The notes under the pieces were generated by a model. That model made no database searches. It was not told the origin of the DNA and saw only the letters and a list, made by a program, of their open reading frames with translations. From positions 96,090,126 to 96,147,104 of the forward strand of contig NC_068986.1 of the NCBI RefSeq assembly GCF_001194135.2: DNA of 56,979 nucleotides, written 5' to 3'. The DNA comes from Octopus bimaculoides (Eukaryota). The translations under genes and the position numbers were made by a program. Positions 36,361-48,296 of the stretch are shown here, piece after piece (the first letter of the stretch is position 1; every line of letters begins with the position of its first letter).

Positions 36361-37125
36361 AAAAACGGAGCTTACAGCAAAATATTTAACCGTCACACTA
36401 TAAAGCTGTCCTATGCTAACTCATCAAATATAGAACACCACATTCATAGGATTAATAATTGTAAACTAAGACAGCGAACAGTCTACCCTCAAAATAAACC
36501 CTCAAAAATTGACTGTGACTTATATAACTAACCTAGAGACAATGCAAATACCAACCAATTAATGCATCAAAGTGATAATGACATGAACTATAATACTAAT
36601 CAACTGAGAAAAAACAACTGCAATATCTACAATAACCAACCAACACATCACACCAGCAACAATTCAAACAACAACGCTAATACACCCAGAAATAGTAACA
36701 TTAATAGGATCACCATGACCACGAATATACTGAATAGAACCAATTCATCTGGCACTCGCTGCACACAAGCAAACAGAAAAAAAAAACCCAACCAATTATG
36801 CTCATGCAGAGACAGATCCAAATTTCCCTTGGACAATCAATGCATGACCAGAAATGTGGTGTATAAGTGCACAGTAAACACTAGAGGAAGCCCTTACATT
36901 TTTATAGGTGCATTGGTCAATATTTTCAAAATTCAATATCGCAACCATATTGACAGCTTTCAAAAAATCCTTAAATGGCATGTAACATCACTAGCTGATT
37001 TTATCTGAAGGCTCAAGGAAGAGAAGGCAAAATACAACTTGACCTGGTCCATAATTAGACATGCGAGTCCCTGTAACACATTAATTCAGAAATGCCAGCT
37101 ATGTTCCAAAGAGTCACTCTCAGTA
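36361..37125 (+). mobile_element. Penelope-like element fragment: linker and GIY-YIG endonuclease
   Basis: YSKIFNRHTIKLSY…INN; CSCRDRSKFPLDNQCMTRNVVY…YIFIG…FKIQYRNHIDSF…TSLADFI*RLK…TWSII…CQLCSKE. Confidence 0.85.
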
Positions 37126-37340
37126 TTCTTTTCAACTCTAGGTACAAGGCCTGAAATGTTTGAGGAGGGGGCCCAGTCAATTAGATCGACTCCAGTACGC
37201 AACTGGTATTTAATTTATCGATCCGAAAGGATGAAAGGCAAAGTCGACCTTGGCAGAATTTGAACTCAGAACATAAAGACAGACAAAATACCACTAAGCA
37301 TTTTGCCCAGCATGCTAACGTTTCTGCCAGCTTGCTGCTT
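37124..37340 (-). mobile_element. SINE family B interrupting the PLE end
   Basis: Reverse complement of the family B body. Confidence 0.85.
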
Positions 37341-37714
37341 TCTCAATATGGTTAACAAAGGAGCACATTATAAACAGATTTACAGAACAATTACCCGGGT
37401 GCCTGCATACAGCTAAACACACATTCACATACTACAATCTAAACCACACCTAACAGATGCAAACCTAACACCCACAACTCAGATTAATCCCCCTGAGTTA
37501 AAACTTCATATACTGAGAAAGAACTGTACAATCCAGATGTATATACGTATATAGATATATGTATCTATATATGTAAATATGAATATATGCATGTGTATGT
37601 GAATGTATATGTATATGTATATGTAGGAGAATATACAAATAATAACAACAGACGAGGACAGGTGGTGTAAATAACAAAAGTATATATTAGTATGACGCTC
37701 GGGAATACGGAAAG

Positions 37715-37751
37715 TCTTTGACGTTTCGAGCTACGCTCTTCAACAGAAAGA
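37715..37751 (-). ncRNA. Minimal type-I hammerhead-ribozyme-like motif (PLE-type)
   Basis: The minus strand reads UCUUU-CUGUUGA-A-GAGC(GUA)GCUC-GAAA-CGUC-AAAGA: 5-bp stem I, 4-bp stem II, palindromic ACGU stem III, GUC cleavage triplet; A6 is replaced by U. Confidence 0.65.
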
Positions 37752-38829
37752 ATACGGAGACAAGGAGAAAAACACGGAGAAAAAAAAAAAAAATTGAATA
37801 GTGTTCAGTCAACGGTCAATCATAATAATGGCCGATCATAACAATGACTGACCGGAAGTTAGAAATTCTTATTTCNNNNNNNNNNNNNNNNNNNNNNNNN
37901 NNNNNNNNNNNNNNNNNNNNNNNNNNNNNNNNNNNNNNNNNNNNNNNNNNNNNNNNNNNNNNNNNNNNNNNNNNNNNNNNNNNNNNNNNNNNNNNNNNNN
38001 NNNNNNNNNNNNNNNNNNNNNNNNNNNNNNNNNNNNNNNNNNNNNNNNNNNNNNNNNNNNNNNNNNNNNNNNNNNNNNNNNNNNNNNNNNNNNNNNNNNN
38101 NNNNNNNNNNNNNNNNNNNNNNNNNNNNNNNNNNNNNNNNNNNNNNNNNNNNNNNNNNNNNNNNNNNNNNNNNNNNNNNNNNNNNNNNNNNNNNNNNNNN
38201 NNNNNNNNNNNNNNNNNNNNNNNNNNNNNNNNNNNNNNNNNNNNNNNNNNNNNNNNNNNNNNNNNNNNNNNNNNNNNNNNNNNNNNNNNNNNNNNNNNNN
38301 NNNNNNNNNNNNNNNNNNNNNNNNNNNNNNNNNNNNNNNNNNNNNNNNNNNNNNNNNNNNNNNNNNNNNNNNNNNNNNNNNNNNNNNNNNNNNNNNNNNN
38401 NNNNNNNNNNNNNNNNNNNNNNNNNNNNNNNNNNNNNNNNNNNNNNNNNNNNNNNNNNNNNNNNNNNNNNNNNNNNNNNNNNNNNNNNNNNNNNNNNNNN
38501 NNNNNNNNNNNNNNNNNNNNNNNNNNNNNNNNNNNNNNNNNNNNNNNNNNNNNNNNNNNNNNNNNNNNNNNNNNNNNNNNNNNNNNNNNNNNNNNNNNNN
38601 NNNNNNNNNNNNNNNNNNNNNNNNNNNNNNNNNNNNNNNNNNNNNNNNNNNNNNNNNNNNNNNNNNNNNNNNNNNNNNNNNNNNNNNNNNNNNNNNNNNN
38701 NNNNNNNNNNNNNNNNNNNNNNNNNNNNNNNNNNNNNNNNNNNNNNNNNNNNNNNNNNNNNNNNNNNNNNNNNNNNNNNNNNNNNNNNNNNNNNNNNNNN
38801 NNNTATATATATGTGATGATATATATCAT

Positions 38830-39006
38830 CACCATCATCATCGTCGTCGTTTGACATCCATTTTCCATGCTGGCATGGGTTGGACAGTTTGACTAAGGGC
38901 TGGCAAGCATGAAGGCTGCACCAGGCTCCAATCTGATCTGGCAATATTTCTACAGCTGGATGCTCTTCCTAATGCCAACCACTCCGAGCGTGTAGTGGGT
39001 GCTTTA
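38830..39006 (-). mobile_element. RTE-type 3' tail
   Basis: Reverse complement of the LINE end. Confidence 0.85.
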
Positions 39007-40091
39007 TTTGAAAAAATAATGATGACAGTGGTGGTGGTAATGGAGATTGTGATGTATGTGATGTATAATGTTTACATTTTGGTTTCTTACCAATTATATT
39101 CATGATAATTCTTAATCTACCGCTCTCTTACCTTTCTTCATTATTTCTCATTTATCACTCACCTCCTTCCCTATCACCATGCCTCTCAACTATGATTATC
39201 TCTCTCTCATCTTGCTGTCTGTGTATCAAGGAATGACAAAAAATTGGTTCTGTCCACATTATCACGTTCAGTCATTGCTAATTACCACTCCCTCTCCCTC
39301 CACATCTCTCTCTCTCACACACACACTACTCTCTTCTCTATCAGCCTCTCGCTCCTACGACTCTGGTACTCTACTATGAACTCACCCTTTTTCATCACTC
39401 TCTCTTCTGTATCACTCTCTCAATCATGCTATTTCTATTCAATCTCCTTACCAACAACTGCTATGTAGCTGTCTCTTACTCATTCTGTCAGCTCATTTGT
39501 GATTTGTTGTTCAATATTAAACAATAAGGAATCTCAATCTAATGTTTCATAAATGTATTTGTAAATTAATTACATGAATGAAGAACACGAATAGCTTATA
39601 ACAGCAGCATTAGTTAAAAAATGATACAAGAAATATGTATACAATAATGAAAGTATTGTACTGTTTCACTTTCAGAATATTTAAAAATGCTGTTGTTTCA
39701 ATTTATTAAGGATGAAAACAAATTATATTTATATGCTTCAAATAAAAGCAAAATATATTTATAAACTTCAAATGCCAACAAAATGTATTTTATACTTCAA
39801 ATGCNNNNNNNNNNNNNNNNNNNNNNNNNNNNNNNNNNNNNNNNNNNNNNNNNNNNNNNNNNNNNNNNNNNNNNNNNNNNNNNNNNNNNNNNNNNNNNNN
39901 NNNNNNNNNNNNNNNNNNNNNNNNNNNNNNNNNNNNNNNNNNNNNNNNNNNNNNNNNNNNNNNNNNNNNNNNNNNNNNNNNNNNNNNNNNNNNNNNNNNN
40001 NNNNNNNNNNNNNNNNNNNNNNNNNNNNNNNNNNNNNNNNNNNNNNNNNNNNNNNNNNNNNNNNNNNNNATATATATATATATATATATAT

Positions 40092-40460
40092 ACTTTTATT
40101 CTTTTACTTGTTTCAGTCATTTGACTGAGGCCATGTTGGAGCACTGCCTTTAATTGAACAAATCGACCACAGGATTTATTCTTTGTGAACCTAGTAATTA
40201 TCCTATCAGTCTCTTTTGCCGAACCACTAAGTTACAGGGATGTAAACACACCAACATCAGTTGTTAAGCAATGATGGGCAGACAAACACACACACACACA
40301 CACACATATACATGACGGCTTCTTTCGGTTTCCATCTACCAAGTCCACTCACAAGGTTTAGGTTGGCCCAAGGCTATAGTAGAAGACACTGGCCAAAGGT
40401 GTCATTCAGTGGGACTGAACCCGGAACCATGTGGTTGGTAAGCAAGCTACTTACCACACT
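40092..40460 (-). mobile_element. SINE family A
   Basis: Reverse complement of 728-1130. Confidence 0.85.
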
Positions 40461-41482
40461 GCCATTCAATATTTATGTAGATTTTATAGTGAATATAAAT
40501 ACATCTTGTATCACATAAAATTTCCAAAGGCAACTAGTTTATATTCATTGTTATAAACAACTTTAATCAAGAAAAAAAAAAAAAAAGAAAAATCAGCATG
40601 AAAATTTTCAACTTCAAATCATTATTTGATTTACTGGAATTTATTTTATGGAAAACTATTTATTTAAAAAAAAAAGACTTATCCAATGTTGATCATTTAC
40701 TGTTTGTATTTTGTAGTCCATTAATAGATTTCTCACTCTCAACATTACTTTTGAAATTTTGCTAATTAAGGTTGCTTTTTAGTGTGAACAATGGTGAGGA
40801 AATTCTAACAGTTAATGTTAAACAAGTGATTACCATGATAGCAGTAATGTGTTGGGGAGAGAAAATCAAATCAATTGTATTTGATTTGCAAGATTCTTGA
40901 TGTGAACTTCCGTGTTAAAACAAATCATATTTTGGGAGGGTCATAACATCAATAATAAACACAAACATTGGCTTGATTTCACTTCTTTATCATTAGTCAG
41001 TTGGCTAATTATTTAACCAACTCACTAATCAATTCCTTGTGTAATCACTTAGTTAATCACTCAATCAATTCATTGTATGTTAAAGTCCTTTTATCACCAT
41101 TTATGATCTCATCAAGGGCATGCCCTCTCTATTCCAGAGGGATTAAGCAAGCGATTGATTAGTTAGTAGATTAAATAACTAGCCAGCTGAGTAATAATAA
41201 AGAAGTGAGATTGAACTAGTGAGTGTGTTTTGTATTGGCATAATAACCCTCCCAAGATACAACAAAGTGATTGTAAAATTATGGCAAAAAAAAAAACACT
41301 TTTTTTTTTTGTTTTTAACATCTTCAGAAACATTCCTTGGTAAGGATGAAACAGATTTCATGGATAATGATTCTGATGAAGAAATTCAGCTGTTGTGGAA
41401 CTGTTATAAGACTTTCCACAAGGTCTAAGTTTTGACATATTCATTACTGTCATTGGTTCTTGTTAATATCTATCATATGAGA

Positions 41483-42280
41483 CAAGCTGGCAGAAACATT
41501 AGCACACTAGGCAAAATGCTTAGCAGTATTTTGTCTGTCTTTATGTTCTGAGTTCAAATTCTACAGAAGTCAACTTTGCCTTTCATCCTTTCAAGGTTGA
41601 TAAATTAAGTACCAGTTGTGTACTGGGGGCCATTCTAATTGACTGTCCCGCCTCCCCCAAAATTTCAGGCCTTGTGCCTAGAGTAGAAAAGAATATCATA
41701 TGAGCTAAACGACTGCACGATAGCGAAAATTGCTAAGAAATATGAAGTTTTTAGAAATCATCACTGCCACCACCACCGCCATTATCATCATCATCATCAT
41801 CATCATCATCATTATCATCAATTAACGTTGCCTTCCATGCTGGCATTGGTTGGATTGTTTGACAAAGTGTAATGAGTCAAAGGATTTCATCATGCATCAG
41901 TGCCATTTTTGGCATAATTTCTATGGCTGGTTGTTCTCCCTAATGCTGTCCACTTTACAGAATATACTGGATGCTTTTTCTTTGGCACCAGTATCACAGA
42001 AGAAAAAAAGCCAAAAAGAATTAAAAAAATAAGCAGAAACAGGGGCTTCAGTTCAATAATCCAAAAATATTTAAAGCATATTCTAATATTGGTTTCAAAT
42101 TTTTGCACAAGGCCAGCAATTTCAGGAGAAGGGGTAAGTCGATTACATTAACCCCAATGCTTAACTGGTACTTATTTTCTTGACCCTGAAAGGATGAGAG
42201 GCAAAGTTGACCTCAGCAGAATTTAGAACTCATAACATAAAGATGCATGAAATGCTGCTAAGCATTTTGCCCAACATTGC
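41483..42280. mobile_element. Family B SINE (+, 41483-41697), RTE tail (-, 41790-41990), family B SINE (-, 42085-42280)
   Basis: Family motifs as above. Confidence 0.8.
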
Positions 42281-42650
42281 ATATTCTAATAATGAAGAAA
42301 TATTTTATTTGTTCTTGGTGATGTCATTACGAATTTTTTTAATCCCACATGCACTTCATTACAATAGAATTTCACTTATACATGCATACAGGCACAGACA
42401 TACACACACACACACATGATACATACAAATACATACACATACATACATATATATATATACAAGTTGTCGCTGAAATACCAACATCAAGCTGTGATACCAC
42501 ATGACCTTTCTTGACCAATCACAGGTTAATGCCCAGCAATAAACAGTGACTCTCTCCCATCAACATCTCCTTCTAATTCCAATGGCGGAAGACTAACATC
42601 ATGCTTGAAACTTAAAGTACCAAGGAATTTGAATCAAACTGTTTGATCCA

Positions 42651-42723
<73 letters not shown>

Positions 42724-43299
42724 ATCAGTATAGCTAGAAGAAGGTGGACGTTTCCAATTTTGTGATGCTGTTCAACTAGAAATACACTAATGAAACTAGA
42801 AATGGTAGATTATACACGACTGAGAAGTTCTATATTCTGAAATTGGCAGTGATGTAACTGGACCAAAGATCCCAGATACTATACCTGCCATTATCAAAGA
42901 CTACATCTGTTCAAGAACTTTTAACAACCCAAAGAAGCAATTGAAACTGCCCAGAATTCAAGGTTTGCACACCAAGATTGATGCATATTAGATACACACT
43001 GGTGCCAAAAAATCAAACCAGAATTCTCTATGCCACACAGTAGCTGCAACATCATCAGCAACCATAACATAATACCTAAAGTGTGGCTTATGAAGACCAA
43101 TTTCAGATTTACCCTGCTTTACTCCGATCACCTCCATCACTCTCTCTTCTAAAATGTGAGCAGTGATGTGGCCCTGCCACAGTAAGAAACCTGTTCTGCT
43201 AATACCCTTTCTCTTACACTTTAACTCCTCATCTCTTTGCATAAAATCGCCTTTCTCAGAGCTCATAATCTTGACGACTGCATGGTCACCTAACTAGAG

Positions 43300-43500
43300 C
43301 TGGTGGCACGAAAATAGCTCCCAATACACGTTATAAAGGGGTTGGCATTAGAAAGGACATCAAACCTTATCAAAGAAGACAGTGAAATCCAATGCAGTTT
43401 TTGTATGTGTCGGATCCTGTCAAACCGTCCAACCCACATTGGAATGTAGACGTTAAATGATGGTGATGATAATTACGATGATGATGATGATGATGATGAT
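43300..43500 (+). mobile_element. Degraded RTE-type tail
   Basis: …GTCCAACCCACATTGG…GACGTTAAATGATG… followed by (GAT)n. Confidence 0.7.
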
Positions 43501-44019
43501 GTGGAGGAGGATATATCCATATACACATACACACACATATACACATATATACTGGTGAACGTTTGCGTTAACAAAGAAAAGTACTTAATAAATATAGCAG
43601 AGTTTGTGTATTTTATTAGAAGGTAAAGCTTCTTGAATCCTTATTGACTTAGTTTTACGTTGCCTAATTTTCAAACAGTTGAAATAGAATGACTATAGAA
43701 TGAAATAGAATGATAATATATAAGCAAAAATATTCATAAACGTATTAGCTATTGATATCTGACTGATTACTAAAATCATTAGGCAATTCATCACACATTC
43801 AGTTCTTATACGCAGAACACATCACATATTCACATGCAAAACGTGATGTGTTCAGTATCATATTTATAAAACATATAAAATCAAAGAACATAGCTATTTT
43901 TAGTGAAGTTTATTTGTTGATGAATTAGTGATTTTTTTTTTTTTTTCCTCAATACACAACTATTTTTCTGAATAAGGCTAATCCAGAATCCACTATTTTC
44001 GCTAGCTGGAAGTTGGAAA

Positions 44020-44235
44020 TTCTTCAATAGATTGATATGAAATGTGTACAAGAGTTTAGCAATTTGGATCTTTTGTTTAAAATTACGAAAAGGGTCTAAG
44101 ATATTAAACATTTCCGAGACACAAAGATCACATTTTCTAGAACAATTATGCATGGACCATTTGACTATATAACTGTTTATATTATCACTCTTCAAGCTCC
44201 CGATATATTTGGGAAAAGAGGTAGTGAGTGCCTGA
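44020..44235 (-). mobile_element. Penelope-like GIY-YIG C-terminal fragment
   Basis: TSFPKYIGSLK…YIVKWSM…KCDLCVSE… and, frameshifted, LNKRSKLLNSCTHF. Confidence 0.75.
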
Positions 44236-44474
44236 ATATACACATATACATGTTGCAGGATCTTGTCATAAATGCATTTTAGCATTTTCTTTCCTTGATA
44301 TTTGTATAAGAAACGTTATCTCAGTAAAGTAATGCTTTAGGAAGGCATATATCAGTGAGACAGCATACATTAGCATACATTGTTATAATTACATAGATGA
44401 AAAAAGGTATTTTTTGTAGGAAGTTTTGTTCTTTCAGTTTCTAATTTTTGCATTTATGAGTTTGTACTGTATGC

Positions 44475-44516
44475 TAGGGTTAGGGTTAGGTTTAACAGTC
44501 TAGTTAGGGTTAGGGG
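44475..44516 (+). repeat. Interstitial TTAGGG repeats (two short blocks)
   Basis: TAGGGTTAGGGTTAGG…TTAGGGTTAGGGG. Confidence 0.85.
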
Positions 44517-44559
44517 ATTAATACGATATACACCGTTACAGCGCTAACTGATGTAAACT

Positions 44560-45338
44560 GGCTATGTGAAAGAGCTATACTGGCTTCAACTAATGAAATG
44601 GTTGATAAACTCAATCATGAACTTCTTCAAAAATTAACAGATACATCAGAAATTACTTTTCGATCAACTGACACAACGGTCGATCAAGATCAGGCTGTTC
44701 AATACCCTGTCGAATTTCTGAACACACTCAAACCACTGGGATGCCACTGCATAACTTGACACTAAAGCTGGATGCTCCCATTATGTTGCTTAGGAATCTT
44801 GACCCACCTCGTCTGTGTAATGGAACTCGCTTAATCATTACTGCCATGAAGCCCCATGTCTTACAAGCAACAATCATAACAGGTAGTCACAAAGAGGAAA
44901 TGTTTTTATTCCAAAAATTCCTATCATACCTACAGATGTTCCATTTGAATTTAAGAGGCTTCAGTTTCCAGTCAAGCTGAGTTTTGGTATTTCAATCAAC
45001 AAATCTCAGGGTCAATCCCTCAAGGTAGTTAGACTTGATCTCTCTAATACATGCTTCTCTCACGGCCAACTCTATGTTGCTTGATCACGAGTTGGAAGCA
45101 GCAACAATTTATTCATTTGGACACCAACAAAAAATTTACACAATGACTAGTTTTTACTCTGAGGTGCTTCAAGATTGACAGATTTTCAGTTCAAAATTCT
45201 ATTGGCATTACAATTGGGATTTAAAAAATTAAAATATAGATATTTCAAAATAATTATGAGAAAAAATATATCTTCATATTTATTGTTTACTAATCTAAGA
45301 ACAGCAGTAACCCGGGCAACGGCGGGTCATTCAGCTAG
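44560..45338 (+). mobile_element. Helitron 3' end (PIF1-type helicase C-terminus and terminus)
   Basis: RAILASTNE…YPVEFLN…HNLTLKLDAPIMLLRNLDPPRLCNGTRL…FPVKLSFGISINKSQGQSL…CFSHGQLYVA*SRV; subterminal hairpin ACCCG…CGGGT (45310-45327), then CTAG (45335-38) followed by T. Confidence 0.92.
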
Positions 45339-45599
45339 TGTGTATAAACAGACAAAATATGTATGTTTATAATAAAGAAGCACATATCCATATCTACATA
45401 ATGACACACATACACTCACACACACATGCACACACACACACACGCTCACACACACACACGCACANNNNNNNNNNNNNNNNNNNNNNNNNNNNNNNNNNNC
45501 ACACACACACACACGCACGCATGCACGCACACATACACACGAGTCGAACACACACACACACACACACACGCACGCACGCACACATACACACGAGTTGAA

Positions 45600-46560
45600 C
45601 ACACTCGGATTCATCTCCCCCACTTCCCTATCCTCCAGTATGTCTGCAACATCGTTTCTTTGAAGCTTTTTATCCTCCAGCAACTGCTCACCAAGATCTG
45701 CCTCTTCTTTTACTATGTATTGGTTCCCATAGTAATTAGCTGACGTCCGACTTTATCTTTTCTCTCCCAACATTGTCCCATGAGCTTACGGCTGTGTTGT
45801 TTGATGGTTTCTGTTAATAAGGCTATATTTCTATATAATATGCTATTCGGTAAATGTTGTTGCCAAGAAACATTCTTCACCCTCCTTAACATCTTGGTAT
45901 GTGTTCCATTTACCAAGATGCCTGCTTTGTATTGCTTTCGCAAGTGTCCAGCATTCAGATCCATATATCAATTTGCTTTTTTACAGAAGCTACGAAAAAC
46001 TGTATTTTGAGGTCATTAGATTTGTTGCCTATATTATGAACATCTTGTTCATTGCTAACTATACTAATTCAGTTCTCACTTCACCCTACCCCTTTGAGCT
46101 TTCTCTCCACAATCTCCGACATCTAAAGTCATTTGCACATTTCAATTTCGCACTCATTGATGATTTAATGGTGTTCTTTTGGTTGACAGGTAACAATAAA
46201 CTCAGTCTTATCCTCATTGACATGCAGTCTTATCTGTTTTGCAGCTTTCTTAAGACGTTGAAGTAGTGGTTGAGCTTCCTTGATAGTATTAGAAGAGCTA
46301 TACCATCAGCATAATCTGCATCAGTAATAATAGTTGCAGATTAACACCTGCTTTTTCGAGGAGCTGTTAGGAAACCTGTTTCTTCTGAATTTGATGTTGC
46401 ATATCTTAATGAGTAGTCCAGAAACGTACAAGAGTATCGCTTCGTAGTAGTCCTGCTAGGATCTTAAAGAAATCTGTATTACCATACGGTGAAAAAACCT
46501 GAGCGATGGTATATCATTATAGAGAATATTGATAGCGTGTATAATGGTGCCTGAGATACC
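45600..46560 (-). mobile_element. RTE-clade LINE RT/C-terminal fragment
   Basis: GNTDFFKILAGLLRSDTL (GVLQGD-type motif), DADYADGIALL, GTHTKMLRRVKNVSWQQH…LY…ETIKQ…MGQCW. Confidence 0.8.
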
Positions 46561-47696
46561 ATATACCTTGACAATCTGCATCAGTTTGACTCAGTGAATG
46601 AGGTGAATGCTTCGCTACATACCTACACATATCTAGAAACACGCGTATATGTGTGTGTATGTGAGTATACATACGTACACACTCAATGTATACAATAGTT
46701 GTTGTTTTGGAGTGAGCCTTAGGTTAATCCTGACTAGTAGACCAATATCGTTCCGGCTGTGGCCATTCTGTCTTTCTATAGCAGGGTTTGCATTCAGCCA
46801 AAATCTCTTCCCTTTTCAAGACAGTAAGGTGTTGTTTGAGAGAAATTTAGCTGCTTATTTCTAACTTCAGTGGATCTATGATATAAGGGACTACATTCTG
46901 GTATTAGTCTTCCGTATCTAAATTGCTAAGATGTGATCTGAGGGAGATTTGACTGCTATTTATAGCAAGTTGACCTACTCCTTTAGTTGTTATTTAGCCC
47001 GAGGTTATACTCGCTTCAGTATAAAATACATTCCAGTTGCTACTACTATGTCTTGGAAGTTAGGAACTGCATACTCCAATCTGTATTCCTCTCGCGGCAG
47101 GGAAAATAAAGCGAAATGGTTTCACTTGTACAATAATGCGTCAATGTAATTGTAATAGCTCTATGACAAAAGCATACTTCATTTACTAATCACTGAATTT
47201 ATTTAACATGATTCTTACTGTCCTCTTTAATTCTGAATTTCATTAGTGTTGCAGAGTAATTATATCATAATGTCACCACGATCGTTTTGACGAAACTTCA
47301 AATCTATCAACACATATACAATTAACTCCAAGCGTATAAGCTTATTCAATCACACTCCTAAGTTTTATAGTTAATAAATATTCTCTAATATGTTTATTAA
47401 TAATGAACAATAATAATGATTAAATACGTTTGACTTTGAACAATTGATTAAACTTGTAGTTATGATTAAAATGTTGAATAATCAGTAGAAAGAATAATTT
47501 TCACCAATGTTTAATAATAATATAGTGATGTTGATTAAGTGACATCCTATAATTTGATAAGCATGAGAGAAAGAGGGGTCGCCATCTTGTGCGTAATGAC
47601 AAGAAAGTAAGAATTTGCGAGACGTTTGTAATAAGTTATAACATATTTATTACCGGCGGTAATGCGTTAACATGTAAGGTTAATTGATGGAAAATT

Positions 47697-48296
47697 TGTA
47701 ACATCACGTGAACATATTCTTTTGCAACCACATGTCTCCAAGCAAATGAGGCGAACATACGCACGTGTGGATGTGTATGCAAGTGAACTGGCTCAATGCT
47801 TGTCGAAGAATCAACAGGCAATAAATGGCGCAAATTTAGAAATGTGTTCCTTTATATAAGGGATGAACCAGAAGTCAACCGGAAGCTTCTAGAATGTTCG
47901 AGAACTTTCTAGAAGGTCGAGGGACATTACTTTTGTTAAATCCCATATTCATTTTGCTTTCCTGCTTGACCGCCAGGGTTCACTACATAACTCCCTCCTC
48001 AGACGAGCAATCGATAGGCAAAATCATTGTAGCGATCCAGGGCAGATACGAAGCAAAATGAGGCGAACATACGCGCGTGTATGCAAGTGAACTGACTCAA
48101 TGCATGTCGAAGAATCAACAGGCAATGAGTGGCGCGAATTTAGAAATGTATTCCTTTATATAAGGGATGAACCGAAAGTCCATGACTTCCACGTCAACAG
48201 GAACCTTCTAGAACTTTCTAGAAGGTTGAGGGAGATTACTTTCATTAAATCCTTTTTTCGTTTTGCTTTCCTGCTTGACCACCAGGGTTCACTACA
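47697..48296 (-). mobile_element. Miniature double-LTR unit (TRIM-like or internally deleted LTR element)
   Basis: Direct repeats 47740-47987 and 48051-48296. Termini TGTAGTGAACCC…GGATCGCTACA. Internal TATATAAA. 40-bp spacer containing the purine tract GAGGAGGGAG directly before the downstream LTR. Confidence 0.75.

Noticed and set aside
37476-37499. AACTCAG/CTGAGTT hairpin as a hammerhead stem II
   Set aside because: The flanking CUGANGA and GAAA cores are absent.
42750-43290. Possible L2/CR1-type LINE C-terminal remnant
   Set aside because: Only faint motif resemblance; I could not support a call without alignment.
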